A DNA stretch of 64,000 bases from Cenococcum geophilum (Eukaryota). Each line of letters starts with the position of its first letter. Positions within the stretch are counted from its first letter, which is position 1. Below the pieces are notes generated by a model, which did not search any database, was not told the origin of the DNA, and was given only the letters and a program-made list of their open reading frames with translations. This document shows, piece after piece, positions 22,301-36,200 of this stretch. Both the position numbers and the translations under genes were made by a program. The DNA is taken from the NCBI GenBank assembly GCA_050273025.1, contig CP158635.1, forward strand, positions 28,148,001 through 28,212,000, given 5' to 3'.

Positions 22301-25300
22301 TTTAGATTAGTATAATAAAGGTTTAAACTTAAGGATAAAGATAAGTTAAGAGTTAACCTAAAGCACCTAGCATACTATACGCTATTATGGATTGCATACG
22401 TAGATGATATATATAAGATATATAAGAATCTAAAGGAAAAGAATTGGAAATACCCTATAAGGATATACTGGATAATAGATAAGTAATAGTATAGAAATGC
22501 TAAATATATGCATAAATAGTATCTAGCAGAAGTCTAAGAGGAAGGAAATTTAATACTTTAGCTAGGAAGATTCCTTACGGAAGAATACTTAAACGGATAA
22601 TAGTAGTGGGAATACCTAGAAAATATATATCTATAGTATATTAAAGATAAAAAGCGAACTAGGCATTAGCTAAAGAGCGAGCCAAGTATAATAGGATTAA
22701 GTAGCTAATAGTTAAGAAAAGTAAAGGCCTACGGGACTAGAGGGAGCTAGTAGTAGAGCCTTAAACCCTTAAAGGAATTTAAGGATAATACTTAAATTTA
22801 CGAGTTAAATAGTAAGATTAGCAGTTTAAAGCGCTAATAGATAGTAGAGCAACGCGGAACTATATTTTACTAGCAGTAGTTAAGAGAATGGGACTACCTT
22901 ATAGATAGAAGGAGCAACCTTACCTATTAGTTATAATTTTAGAAGATTTAATAACCTATAGAGGAAAGATTATTAACCTTAAAATAGGACCTATTTAGAT
23001 AACTATTAAAGGAAGACGAATTAAGATGTCTTTTAATATCCTACTATTAGGACGGGATAAGGCAGTATTAGGTATGCCTTAGTTATAGGAATATAATCTA
23101 AAGATCGATTGGATTATAGGTTAGGTTAATATTAGAGATACTTAACGTTGTAAGATGTAATAATAAACCAAGTTAGTATAGTACTAAGTTAGAGTAATAT
23201 ATAAAGAGACTAAATAAGGTTTATGTTATATACTAAAGAGATACTATAAGTATAGCAAGAAACTATAGAGCCTAAAAAGTAAAAAGCTGGCAGATTATAT
23301 AATATAGGATTATAAGATAGAGTTAGAACTAGGAATAAGTCTAAGGTTCTTTCTAACTTATAAGCTTACTTAAGAGGAGGTAAGCGCACTTAAAGAGTTT
23401 GTCTAAGAAAACTTATAAAAGGGATATATTAGACTATTGCAGTTATTAGTAGGATATCTAGTACTGTTTATACTAAAGAAAAATAGAAAGCTTAGGTTAT
23501 GCATTAACTATAGACAGTTAAACAGCATTACTTAAAAGGATAGGTATCTTTTACCCTTAATTAGCGAAATTTAGGATTAGATAGGTAATGCGCAAATTTT
23601 TATAAAGATAGATCTAAGATAGGCGTACTATTAGATTAGAATTAAGGAAGGTAATAAATAAAAAGCAGCCTTTAGGTTAAGAGAAGGACTATATAAACTA
23701 TTAGTAATGTAATTTGGATTAATAAATATACTAGTAACGTTTTAGAAACGAATTAATAGTGTATTAGAAGAACACCTTAATAAGTTTGTTATAGTATACC
23801 TTAACAATATTATTATCTACTTAATAACTAAGAAAGAATACGGGGAACACGTTAAATAGGTCTTAAAGAGACTATAAGAAGAACAGATACTAGTAGCAAT
23901 TAAAAAATGCGAGTTCTTTACTAGGAAGACCGATTTTGTTAGATTTATTATTAAACTAGGTCATATTAGTATGGACCTAAAGAAGATTAAAGCTATAGTA
24001 AGTTAGCAAGAACTAGAGAATATAATATAGTTAAGGTTATTCTTAGGGTTTTGCAACTACTATAGAAGGTTTATAGTACAGTAGTTAAAGAATATTAAAC
24101 TATTTACCCGGCTTATAAAGAAAGAGGAACTATAGGCATAGGGAAATAAATAAAGGAAGTTGTTTAAAGAACTTAAGGAGTTATTTACCCAGGAGCCAAT
24201 CCTTAAAATTTATTAACTAGGGCTAGACATAGTTATAGAAACGGACGCATTAGACTACGTATTAGGAGTATATTTGCTATAGAAGTATAAGGACGCATAG
24301 TACCTAATAGCATACTATAGTAGGAAGATAACACCACTAGAGTTAAACTATAACGTCTATAATAAGGAGTTATTAGGTATAGTTATAGTACTTAAGGAAT
24401 AGAGAGTATTCTTATAAGGCGCAGAGAAACTATTTATAGTTAAGATAGATTATAAGAACCTAATAGGGTTCTTAATAACAAAAGAACTTAACTGGAGATA
24501 AGTTAGATGGGCAGAGATACTTACAGAATACTAAAGGAACTAAGAATGTAAGAGTAGACGCACTTAGCAGAAAAGCTAAACTATAAAATAATGAGAAACT
24601 ATTAGGAGTAATGCTACGCAGAGATAAGGATGGATTAATTAGGTATAATTACCCTAAACTAGCAATAACTTAAGAAGATAACGAACTAGGAAGAGTCTAC
24701 GAGACACTAGAAAGCTTTTAGGTATAAAGAATTCTAAAAGCATAGCTAGAAGATCTATAGATGGATATATACGAAAATCAAGAAGTAAAGTATATCCTAA
24801 GAAGCATAACAGAGCATTTTATAAAAGATTTCTATAAGGGAATGACTTAAGGACACAATGAAGCAATAGGCTTAGTATTAAGACTTTAGGAAGAATATAT
24901 TATTAACGGAATCTAAAATATTATAAGAAAAGTAATAAAAGAGTGTCTAGATTGCTAAAGAAATAAACTAACAAGGCATAAGCTATATAGAGGGCTATAA
25001 CCTATTAAAATACTAGAGAGACTATAGAAGGTTATATTATAGGACTTTATTATTAAGTTACTAAAGTTAAGAGACCCTATTACTGGATAAGATTATAATG
25101 TAATCTTAGTAATAGTAGACAAGCTTATAAAGTAGGGATACTTTATAGCATGCATAGAAGAAATCTTAGCAGAAGATATTACTAAAATCTATATTAAAGA
25201 AGTGTTTATAAGATATAGAGTACTAAGTAAGATTATATTAGACAGAGATCTAAGATTTATAGTAGTATTCTAAGAAGTGTTCTTAGCAGAGTAAGAAGTT

Positions 25301-27288
25301 TAAGTAGCAACTTCTACCGCATATTATCTATAGACAGACGGTTAAATAAAAAGATTAAATTAAACGCTAGAATAGTATCTAAGGCATTATATTAATTATA
25401 TATAGAATAATTAGGTATTACTATTACTAGTTATACAGTTTATATATAATATAACACCATAGGAAGAAATAGGTATATTACTATTTAAGGCAAATTATGG
25501 ATATAAGCTAAGAATATTGTTATTACTATAGTAAGTAAAGAAGACGAGTAGCACAGCTAAAGAAAGAATAAAGAAATTAATAAATCTTTATATAGACCTT
25601 ATAGAATTAGTAAAGAAAGTATAAAAGAGAATAAAAAAGTACTATAATGCTAAGAGATCTAAGGGACTAGATCTTAAGGAGGGAGATAAAGTGTGGCTAC
25701 TATATAAAATTTTTAAAAGTTAACGACTAAGTAAAAAGTTGGACTACGTTAAACTAGGACCTTTTAAAATTACGTAAAGGATTTCACCAGTTATATTTAA
25801 GTTAAACCTACTAGCAAAGATAAAGATCTATCCTATATAGTATATTATAATGCTAGAGCTAGTATACGGGAATATTAAGCTACTAGTTTATAAGGTAGAC
25901 ACGTATAAAGAATAGAAAGAAGATAAATAGTAAGTTTTAAAGATTATTAGTTATAAGGATATTAATAATAAAATATAGTATAAGGTTAGGTAGATAGGCT
26001 ATACTAAAATCACCTAAGAGCTACTAGAAAATTTAAAGAACGCTATAAGAAAGGTATAGGAGTATCGGAAGAAATTAGGTTAGGTAGTATTAATAAAGAA
26101 GAATTACTAAAGAATAAGTTACCTAAGGGGGACCTAAAAAGAGTAGTTACCGAACTACTTAGATCTATTTTCTTCTCTATTAGAAAAGAATCTGTTTTTT
26201 TATTACTAAGTTCCTATAAACCTTATTCTATAAGTTTTTACTTCTTAAAACGGACCTTTTTATAAACCTTCTTAAGACGGATTAACTAAGTGGACGCAAC
26301 AAGACAAGAATTAAGAGCCCTTTACTAAGCTTTAGTAGCCTCTTACTTAGCGTTACAAGAATAATAAAGTTCCGATAATATAACGGACAGTTTATTATCT
26401 AGCTGCGTAGTAGTAGATTAAACACAAGATCCTAAGACAAATTAGTTAAGGAACTAGACGACTATTAAGAGTAATAGGTTATATATATTTAGTATTAAAG
26501 TGTAAGAGTATATATATTAGGTCCCGCCGCGCTTACGACAAGTTCGCAAGCACTCTCAGTCTTTTTAGCCGTATGGCGACGTGGAGGCGGGCCACGTTAC
26601 ATAAAGATAGAGTAAACGTTATAGGATAAATAAATATTTACTTTAGTGCACTTTAAATAAGAGGATAGTTATTATAAAGATAGACTTACTAATATAATAT
26701 AGACTAACCCCTTTTTTGAACAGTAAGAATACGGAGACGGTATAATCTCACTAAGAGATAATATTGTAGTAACGGTATAAGACCGACAAGCTATAGATAA
26801 AGAAGAAGGAGCCTTAGGTATAATAAGTTAAAATATTAACTAAATTAATTAGACGGATATTATACCTCTAGTAAACAACTTAGAGATATTAGAAATCTTT
26901 AAAAATAAAGATAAAGAGGAAGGAGATAGTATTACGGACGCTTTAAGTATAATATTATAACTACTTAGAGAAGAGACGGAAGAAGCTAGTTAGTTAATTT
27001 AGGTATAGTCTAAGATGAAGCCAATAGAGCTATATAACGAGGAATAGTAACTAAGGTTATATAATATAATCTATATAATCTATAATAAAGTAAATAAAGC
27101 ATACGTATCTTATATATAAAGGGGATTTCTTAAAAGTATAGTTATATATTTAAAGGACCACAGTCCCTACCTAGATAGTTCTCTCCTTTATAGTAAATCT
27201 TAGAATATAATTGGAGTTAATCTATTAGGCAACCACTCCACCAGTTATTATTACGTTGTTAACTTCTTATTTACCTATATACCTAGCC

Positions 27289-28505
27289 TGTTACAGTACG
27301 TGCGGACTGTCAAGGTACGATGTACGAGGTGACTGTATATGATTGACAAACGATGTCGTGTGAGGATCTATGTAGGAGGTGAGGCGGTATATATACACGT
27401 CGCTTAGGGGTCAGGTCCGTGCTCATGCATACGCGTACACGAGCCATAACAACGCGTCAGGTTAGTGCCGTGACAGTACATCCCTCCCTAATAAGGCGAG
27501 CTCCTGTGAGCCAAGTGATGGCAGTAAAAACACAGGTAAAAAAAAAATAGACCATATATCCTCATCCTTCTAGTCCTTAAAGGTTCTCGTCCTTCCAGTC
27601 CATAAAGGTCCTCGTCCTTACAGTCCTTAGACCCTCCTACCTATATCCCTACTACATCGCTCTCCGCTAGTGCTCGTCTTGAGCACTAAATAAAGCCGAA
27701 GGCGAAGGGGTAAAACGGGGGAGATGAAAAAAAAAATTATAACCGCGGGGCGTATTGCGGATATTGACTCTTAAAAGGCTCGGGGGTTACGGAGATCGAG
27801 GTTATTGCGTAGACTCGAAAGGCTTAGAGTGCGGAGATTGAGGTTAAAACATAGATTCTTGTTGCGGTAAACTTGTAGTATCTATGCGGATTTAAAGACG
27901 GAGACGGAGATAGAGACGAGATCGTAACCTATAGTCTTACACTGTAATTAAGACACGAGGATATAGCCCGTAGGGTGTCTCCCTGTAGCCGGCTTTAGAA
28001 ACTCGGGACGTAAAGTAAAAGCATGGCTAGATACGGAGACTCGGAGACTGAGACAGAGAAACCATAGCCCGTAGGGTGTCTCCCTGCTGCCAGCCTAGGA
28101 AACTTAGACTAAGAAGAGAAACTATAGCCCGTAGGGTATCTCCCTGCTGCTAGCTTAGAAACTTAAAGAGGAGACCGGTTCGAATGAATTTAACGTATAG
28201 AGATTATCGTAGAATGAGGGTAAGAATCCCGCCCGGGGTAGGGTTAAAGCTTTAGAACGTAGCTTTGGAACGGTGGAAACAAAGCCCTACTGGGGGCGTA
28301 TAAGATGACACGACATACTGTCACAGTACGTGTGGACTGTCAAGGTACGATGTACGAGGTGACTGTATATGATTGACAAACGATGTCGTGTGAGGATCTA
28401 TGTAGGAGGTGAGGCGGTATATATACACGTCGCTTAGGGGTTAGGTCCGTGCTTATGTATACGCGTACACGAGCCATAACAACGCGTTAGGTTAGTGCCG
28501 TGACA
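27289..28505 (-). mobile_element. Non-autonomous miniature LTR element (TRIM-like, 1217 bp) inserted in the 3' LTR of chromovirus A
   Basis: 187-bp TG..CA LTRs at 27289-27475 and 28319-28505. TSD TAGCC (27284-27288 / 28506-28510). Minus-strand PPT TAGGGAGGGATGTAC. No coding capacity. Internal repeats ATAGCCCGTAGGGTGTCTCCCTG at 27963, 28064 and 28124. Confidence 0.92.
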
Positions 28506-30222
28506 TAGCCCATTAATAAGTCCACCGTAGTTCCTACTATAAGGCTTTGTTATAACCTATTACTAGTATAACCCCATATTCCTAATTCTAAAAATAGGTC
28601 ACCTATTATCCTACTAAATTATAGTTAGTGCTTTGCCTATTATGCGAGATATACCTAGTATTTAGAGTCTTTAAGAAATGTATAAAGCTAGATATACCTA
28701 CTATAGTTTTCTATAACTATCCGTTTAGCCTTACCACCATTAATATACTATTTTTGGTTTTTTTATAGCATTATTAGTCTACCTTTACCTCGTTACTACT
28801 AAGGCTATTATACTTCTACTCGCCTTAATTTCTAATTTATGCTATAATCTAGCTTACTTAATTACTCTACCTTATCTTAATTTAAACGTTAGAACTCTAG
28901 TCTTACCCTATTATTGCTATAGTTCTCTTATTTATAGGGTATTAAATATATAGCCTTATAATATAAACTCCTAAATAAAACCCTAGGTAAAAACCTAGTT
29001 ATAAACCTAAGCAGAAACCAAGCCGCAAACTAAAAAGTCCACCTACTTAACCTAAATATTCGGCTAAGTATTACTAAAAAGTCCGCGAAAATATTAAGAG
29101 GGCTAGAGTAATTAAAAAAAATTTACCCTTAATAATAAATAATATAAATAAGATTTTAGTTTAATGGGTAAGGTAAAGGTCCTCTAATTTAAAATAAAAT
29201 TTTATAGCTTACTCTTTAGGTTCTATAAGAATATTAAAGAATATTCTATTTAACTTATTAGAAATGCCTTAAATAATAATATAAAGCTTTTTCTTATATA
29301 AATTTTAGATAATTATTTATCGCGGAAAAGGACTAGTATTTGCTAGAAATTTAAACATTAGAGGTAGCTCTATTAAAAATATACGGAAAAGGATTAGCTA
29401 GAAGGCCCTAGAGTGGAAATTAATAATATATAGAAATAACTTTAAATATCTATAAAATCCGCTAATTATAATAGTATATTAATAGGCTATTAACCAAGGA
29501 GTACTAGCTTAACATAACTATAAAAGAAAAACTAGTAATAAACGTTAATAATATTTTTTATATTTTACACTGCTATTAGGCCCTAGATAACTCTATATTT
29601 CTAAATAGGCAATAAATCCTATAACTCGCTCTTCTAATACTTATCTATATATATATAGCAACCCAGGTAGGCGCGTTAGTCTATATTAAGAGAAATATAA
29701 AAGTAGTAACTAAATACACTCTTAAAAACTATAATAAGGATAGAGATATAGAAGCTAGTAAAAGTAGTAGTAAAGATAGCGCTAAAGATAACGGCGAAGA
29801 TAACGATAAAGGTAATAGAAAGGACGAAGAATTCCAGGATAAGATAGATATAGATTTAAATAAACCCGTTAAGACTTTATGCTATAAATATATTACCCTT
29901 ATTCTCCTTTAAAAGCCTAAGGCTAAGCGAGATCTTCTCGCTATAAAGATTAATTTGCGGGTTACTAAAGGATATAAACGGAATTATAAACGGTAAAGCT
30001 AACTTAAAAGCCTTTTCTTTAATAACTGCTAACCTAGATATAGTAAGATATTTTATATTTACGAAGTTAACGACCTAATTTTCGATCTAGTAATATATAT
30101 AATTATTCTAGGCATACTTAATAATGCTTTTAAATTTAAATTTAAGTCTATTAAATAAATATTCTAGCTTTACGTTAACCCATATTAAATAACTACGCGA
30201 CTTAAATAGAAAAAAAACTAGG

Positions 30223-33200
30223 TGTTCGTACTAACTTAATAGCACGAGTGAGTCGTATCCCGGGGCACGAAATACGTATAGTATTATATGCTCTTTGGGA
30301 TAGTGGTAACTGTCGATTATATAAAGTAGACTACGTGGTCTATATACTAATGCACCTCCCCCCTAATTAGTTAGTGCTTCATAAGTGCACCAGGCGCGTA
30401 AGCGAGTGGTTGGTGCACTAAACGCGTAAACGCGTACCTAGTATACCGAACGTGTAAGCACGCGTTTAGTACAACAGGTGCTGTAATTATACACTAGCAG
30501 TACTTAAAAAATGAAACCACCTGTGTATAGCCTCCGTAATTGCTTTAATAAAACTATAGAACATAAAGGAAAATATATAGGAAATCTCCCCGAGGTGCCG
30601 TCTAGGCTGCCTTCCAAACGGTGCTCTAAGCTGGCCGTAAGTTCTGCTTACGGCCCGTAAAATAAACCGTACGGCCTTTTAACAGGCAGTAGACGAGCCA
30701 TAAGTTAGATTTTAAGGGCCGCTAAGGCGCTAGTGCTAAGCGAACCAATGGCGATTTTCTATCCCGGGGATAGAAAATCGTGATTAGTTAATTTAACCAC
30801 CCTATAAAATTCGGCAGGTTACGTAAGTCTACCAAGTCCCACCGTAGCTTTCCACCGTTTTCCACCTGTACCGTATAACGAGCCGTACGGCCTTCCAACG
30901 GGCCGTAGATATACTATAGGTGCTCCGTTAGTCCCGTTCTACCCATTCTATAACTTTTAGGTTAAGCTTATTTATGTTAATTAGGGTTTTAAGGGCTTAA
31001 TACGGCTTTGCCTTAGTTATGGCATCTACTAGGTTATCTCCACTGCTAATTTATTTAACCTTCGTAATCTTATATTATTTATAGGCCTAACGTAAGCATA
31101 TTAGGTTAACTATAAGCCTCTTCTCTTATATTATACCTAGTTTAACTAGGCAGTTATAAAGGGACTTTAAATTAGTGTATAAAACTAGGGGTAACTACTC
31201 TAGTTATAGAATCTTCTAGACCATTAATTTAATTGCGGCTGCTATATTAAATCTATAAGCTAGTATATATAGTTTAGAAGCTAGTACACTACGGGTTACT
31301 CATTTGCACTTAATTAAAGACTAGTATAGTATATTTGCGTCCTAATTACGGTCCGTAAGTATAATTATAAAGCCAATTTGTAATAATAGGTCTTTATTAT
31401 TGGTAAAGGAGGCGTCCGTAAATGCTAGTAAGCTAAGGGAACTTAGGTCTAGTGGTATAAAAGTAAGTCCCCTTACTATATTATTAATTTGCCACTAAAT
31501 ACGCTTATTAAGCTACTTAATATTTTCTTCTTATAGATTTACTGCCTGGGCCATAAAGGATAAGTCGTAGGTAGATTCGGGTTGGCAGACTATAGCAATA
31601 TAGGCGCCTCTTGCACGCTATGCAGCGTATTAGTCCTTTATATTTATAGTCTTATAGGTCTCTTCGCGGGAACTAGTAAGGTCTATAGGCTTTACTATAA
31701 TAAGCTTTAGGTTTTAAGCTTAGCGTTCCTAGGTTAGCTAAATTAAGTTGCCCTTTTATATAATTAAGCCTCTATTAAACTTAATTGGAGTCTGCTTAGT
31801 TAACTGCTCTTACGGCTTTACTAGGAACTTAGCTTCTTATAGTTTAGTCTCTTTAGCGTCCACAAATATCCGGTCTACTAAGAAGAGGGTATTGTTTATT
31901 TAAAGTCTAACAATACTAAGGCCGTTTAATGGGCTGTATAGGAGGTAGGGGTTATAGGTTAACTGTTCTATTTTAAGCTTACTAACGTGGTACTAGTAGT
32001 ATATCTTAAACCAATAGTTTCCGGCTTTTAGTACTCCGTAAAGAGGTTTTACGACCCATAAAATTGTTCCTAGTTATAGGTTAAGCTTACGGGGTAGTCG
32101 TATAAAGATGTCCCTACTTAGGTAGGTGTTAGACTGTATATAGGCTTACGAGATGTCCCGTAAGTATAGGGCTACGGGTTTGTTTTGCTGTAGTCCCGGC
32201 GCAAGTATAAGTATAATTTATTAGCTAACTCGTTAAATTATAGGTGATTACGTAAGGACTAAGTCCTTTCCCTTATTGTTATAAGCTTGTATAATAAGCC
32301 TTAATTTCTTAAAGGCTTTATTAGTACTAGGGTGCTTAATCTCGTTAACAAAGCGTGAGTTAAATATACGGACGCCTTATAAGACGTCTTTCTTTATTAT
32401 AACCGTAAAGATACCCTTTTTAAGTAGTCCGTTAATCTCTTTATATCGTAAGTCCATAAATGGGGTTTCCTATACTAAAACTAATATATCCGCAGGCGGA
32501 GATTGCCTTACGGATATTCCTACGGAGGTTAGGTAATTTTCTGTTACGGTATTCTTGGTTATAGGGTGCTTTCAGGGGCGTCCTTAACTACGCTTTATAG
32601 TAGGTTTAGTAGGTTTAGTGGGTTTTTAGGGGACTTCTAGGGTAGGTAAGGGTGCTTCTAGTTTATCTAATTTGGCAGGTGCTTCCAGTTTGTCTAGTTT
32701 AATAGGTGCTTCTAGTTCGTCTAGTTCAACGTTATGGGTATTTTTAGATCGAAAGTAGGGTTTTACGGACGTGCTTCTAAAGCTGGTTAGCCTACTAGGA
32801 AGCTATACGCAGCACGTCTCGTTTTCTACGGCTAGTAGGCAATAAGGTCTATTCTAACTGCCGCTTTTACGCTATATAAGGACTTTAGAGTTAAGCGGAA
32901 GGTCGTGTACTGGGGTTGTGTTAGGTCCGTTGCGGTGGTATAGGGCGTTATTAATAGCTTACTTAGCCCGTAGCTTGACTATTTCAGTTATTGCCTTCTA
33001 TATTATAGCTGCTCGTTCCATAATAGACGGGGTAGGAGGGCCTAGGTTGCTTATCCTTAGGTAGGCTCCGTAAACCAAGAGGGTAGGTACTAGTCCGTTA
33101 GGGCTAGCGGTGTCGTTAATAGCTTTTACGGCCATCTGTAAAGCCAGTTCCTTTTAGATGTCCTTACACTCGTCTATAATAATCTGGTAAGCTCTCCGTA

Positions 33201-36200
33201 AGGCTAGGTAAGCTTACTTAACAAGCCTAATAGACTAGTACGCCTTAACTAGAACGGCTTTTGTTAATATAGCTATGGCCATAGTATACTGCTAGAATTC
33301 CTTACTAATAAAGTTCCTACTAGCGTCGTAGGTAATATACTGCGGAGGTCCAACGTATGTGTTAATCCAGTAGGTTCGTAAAATATCCCAAGTATATTTT
33401 ACGGATATATTTTACAACTAACGGGCGGCTTAATAGCGGGTTGCCTCGTCAATTATATATAATACTAGACTACCGTTAATATACATAATATCCACGTATA
33501 CTAAGTGGTTAAAGTTAAGGTTCTTATAAAGGGTAAACTTAAATCGGCCTAGGGAACGTCCGTATTTCTAGCAGAAGGAGCAGTATTTAGTTAGGTGGTT
33601 AATTGCCTTCCTATTAATGTTGTTATGTCTAAAGCGTTTAAGGACTCTATATAGCTTTTCGGCTAACAGGTAGCCAAAACGGCGGTATAGGCGGTGGATT
33701 TTAGTACTGATAAGGTAGTACGGGTTATAGTCAAAAGATTCCTAAATATAGGTCCGTAAAGTCTCTCCCTATATAAGGAACGGGTGTCCAAATCGTCGTA
33801 TAATTGGTAGGGTAATATACTTACTTCCTAGGGCAGTTATAGGGCCAATTAGGGTGTCCGTAACATTATTATAGTATACCTATAACCTATCTATGTCTAT
33901 AAGATAGAGTAGGAAGGGGGTGTCCGCTTTTACCACGTAGAAGTTAACTAAGCCAATTAGAGTCTTAACTTTAACTAATCTAATTAATGCGGTTAAGCCG
34001 ATGCCGAATTAGACGTTTATAGCCCCAGTTTACGTAATATTAATGTCCATATTGTTATTTATGGTGGTCCTATATACAAGGTATTGTCCATAGCCTACGG
34101 TAGACTTCTTAAAGGTACCTATATCAATTATAACACCGTAGAATTCCCTAGGGGTATAGCGTTCTATAGTGATATATGCAAATAGGTCCTGCTCATAATC
34201 TATAACATCTATAATAGGGGTACTTGCGGAATGGTTTTCGGGCGTAACTAAGTGTATAAGGAAACGGTCAGCTAATACGGTCGTAATATTAAAGGCTTAG
34301 CTGTCCGTAAAAGGTTTAAAAGTAGTTAGGAATATCTCTAAGGTCTCTTATTCCTAAGCGTCTAAGTTAAAGTCAATTATAAGGGCTTCTATTAACTTAT
34401 TAGGGGGCTCTTCTACTTTCTCTCCTTTGTATTCTAAAATAAACTAGTTAATATAGCTATTAAGTCTCTTCCTAGACTTATTACGTTCTTTCTAGGTATA
34501 CCTTATAGACTAACATCCTTCCTTACCATATATAAAGCACTTCTAGCTGGTTTATCTACGGGGGTATGTTTTTATACGGGGGTTACTATAGGGGTTATGG
34601 GTAGGACTTAGTCGGTACAGGTGCTGCTAGCGGTAGCGGCGGTCCGTAAAGTAGACGTCTAAGTCTGTTTACGGATATTAAATATCCGTAATAAAGGCTT
34701 AAGTGCTACCTAGTGGGTTTAAGACTTTATACATTATAATAGAGGAGCGTAGGTCATTAATAAGGCCAGCTAAGGTATCTATAGGCTTGTAGTAGGCGTA
34801 CTTGTAGGGCTCTACTTCCTGGCAGGCTATAATAAGTTTATTATACAGGAAGTCGTCTATTTAAAGCTTGGTGTTAAGGCCGTGCTATAGGTGCTAAAGG
34901 TCTTTAATAAGAATTTGCAGGCACTCTATAGTCGATTTTTTAGTGTTCTTATTAATTACGGTCCGTAGCTTGGTTGCATTCTATTAGGTAAGAATATTAC
35001 GCTTATATTCCAGTTCTTTAAAGTAGTTACGCGTAGCTTCGCATAGCTTATTAAAGGGAACACTAAGGGGGTTACTCTTAAGGTTAGTGTAGTAGTAGTT
35101 AAGTGCTAGGCCGCGTAGCATAGTGGAGTAGGCTTGGCTAAATTCCTATTTGGGAATATTAGCCTTCCAACAGAGGTCCGTAAAGATAGTGAGTTTAAAG
35201 TTAAAGTTATCGTTTTCACCGCTGTACTTAGATTCGTTGGTATAGAGCTTAGCTAGGTTAGCTAGCTCCTTACCATAGGTCTTTACTTAGGTGGGTTGCG
35301 GATCTATAACTTACGGATCTATAGCTTACGGATATATAGCTTATAGATCTGTAACTTAAACAACGGGGGTAATTTAGTCCGTATTTTAGTTTATAGGGGT
35401 ATTATAGTCCGTAATTTGGGTTACGGGGGTATTATGGTCCGTAACTTAAGTATTAGGTATACTTTAGCCAGTAAGATTAATTCTAATGCTACTTAGGTTT
35501 ATAGAACAAATTTAGTTAAATAGGTTAGCTATAAGGCTAAAAATTCTATTAAGTTTAAAGGAGGTAAAAAGGTTGCTAGTTTTAATATAATCTAAGATCT
35601 GCTCTTTAGTCCATTCCATTTAGTCCTCCTTATATAGTGTGTTATATAGAGACCGTATAATAGTAACTCATTTGTCCCTTTTAACCTATACGCCTTAGTG
35701 ACGTAAAAGGGTTCGTAGGTTACGGATAGCAGTAGGGTTATAAGCCTTAAAAATAGCTTCCGTAAAGTCCGCAAAGTCTTCCTTATATTGCTCCTACAGG
35801 TCATTATTTATAAGCTCAAAGTATCTATATTTAAGGATTTTAAAGCTAATATAGTCATTAACGTCGTTTATAGACGTAACGTTAACGCCTTATCTCCACT
35901 TCTTTTAACCTTCGCTAACTTACTTACTAATATCTGCTATACTATAGTATAGTATAGTGCGTAGCGGGTGGTAGCAGCTTATAATAGATGGGGGAGGTTT
36001 TATAACGGTCCGTAAAATCAATTAACAGGTCTATAATGGTTTATAGGAGGGTAAAAAGTTTCCATAAAAGGTCCGAAGAGGTTTAAGGTTTAAGGGAGTT
36101 AAGGATAGGGGTTCCGTATAGGTCTATATTTGCATCTATAACTTCTAGTAAACTATACTAAGACTTAAATAAGTATACAGAGTTAGAGATAAGTCCGTAA

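Larger units (their letters stand above)
13424..28554 (+). mobile_element. Ty3/Gypsy chromovirus A (RIP-inactivated), both LTRs interrupted
   Basis: TSD ACCTA (13419-13423 / 28555-28559). 5' LTR 13424-13494 + 19375-19724, 3' LTR 26930-27288 + 28511-28554. PPT before 26930. gag ~19747, CCHC knuckle ~20765-20810, protease ALIDSGA ~22830, RT YL(D)(D)I ~23797, RNase H TDAS ~24240, integrase ~24800-25500, chromodomain ~25920-26070. Confidence 0.93.
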
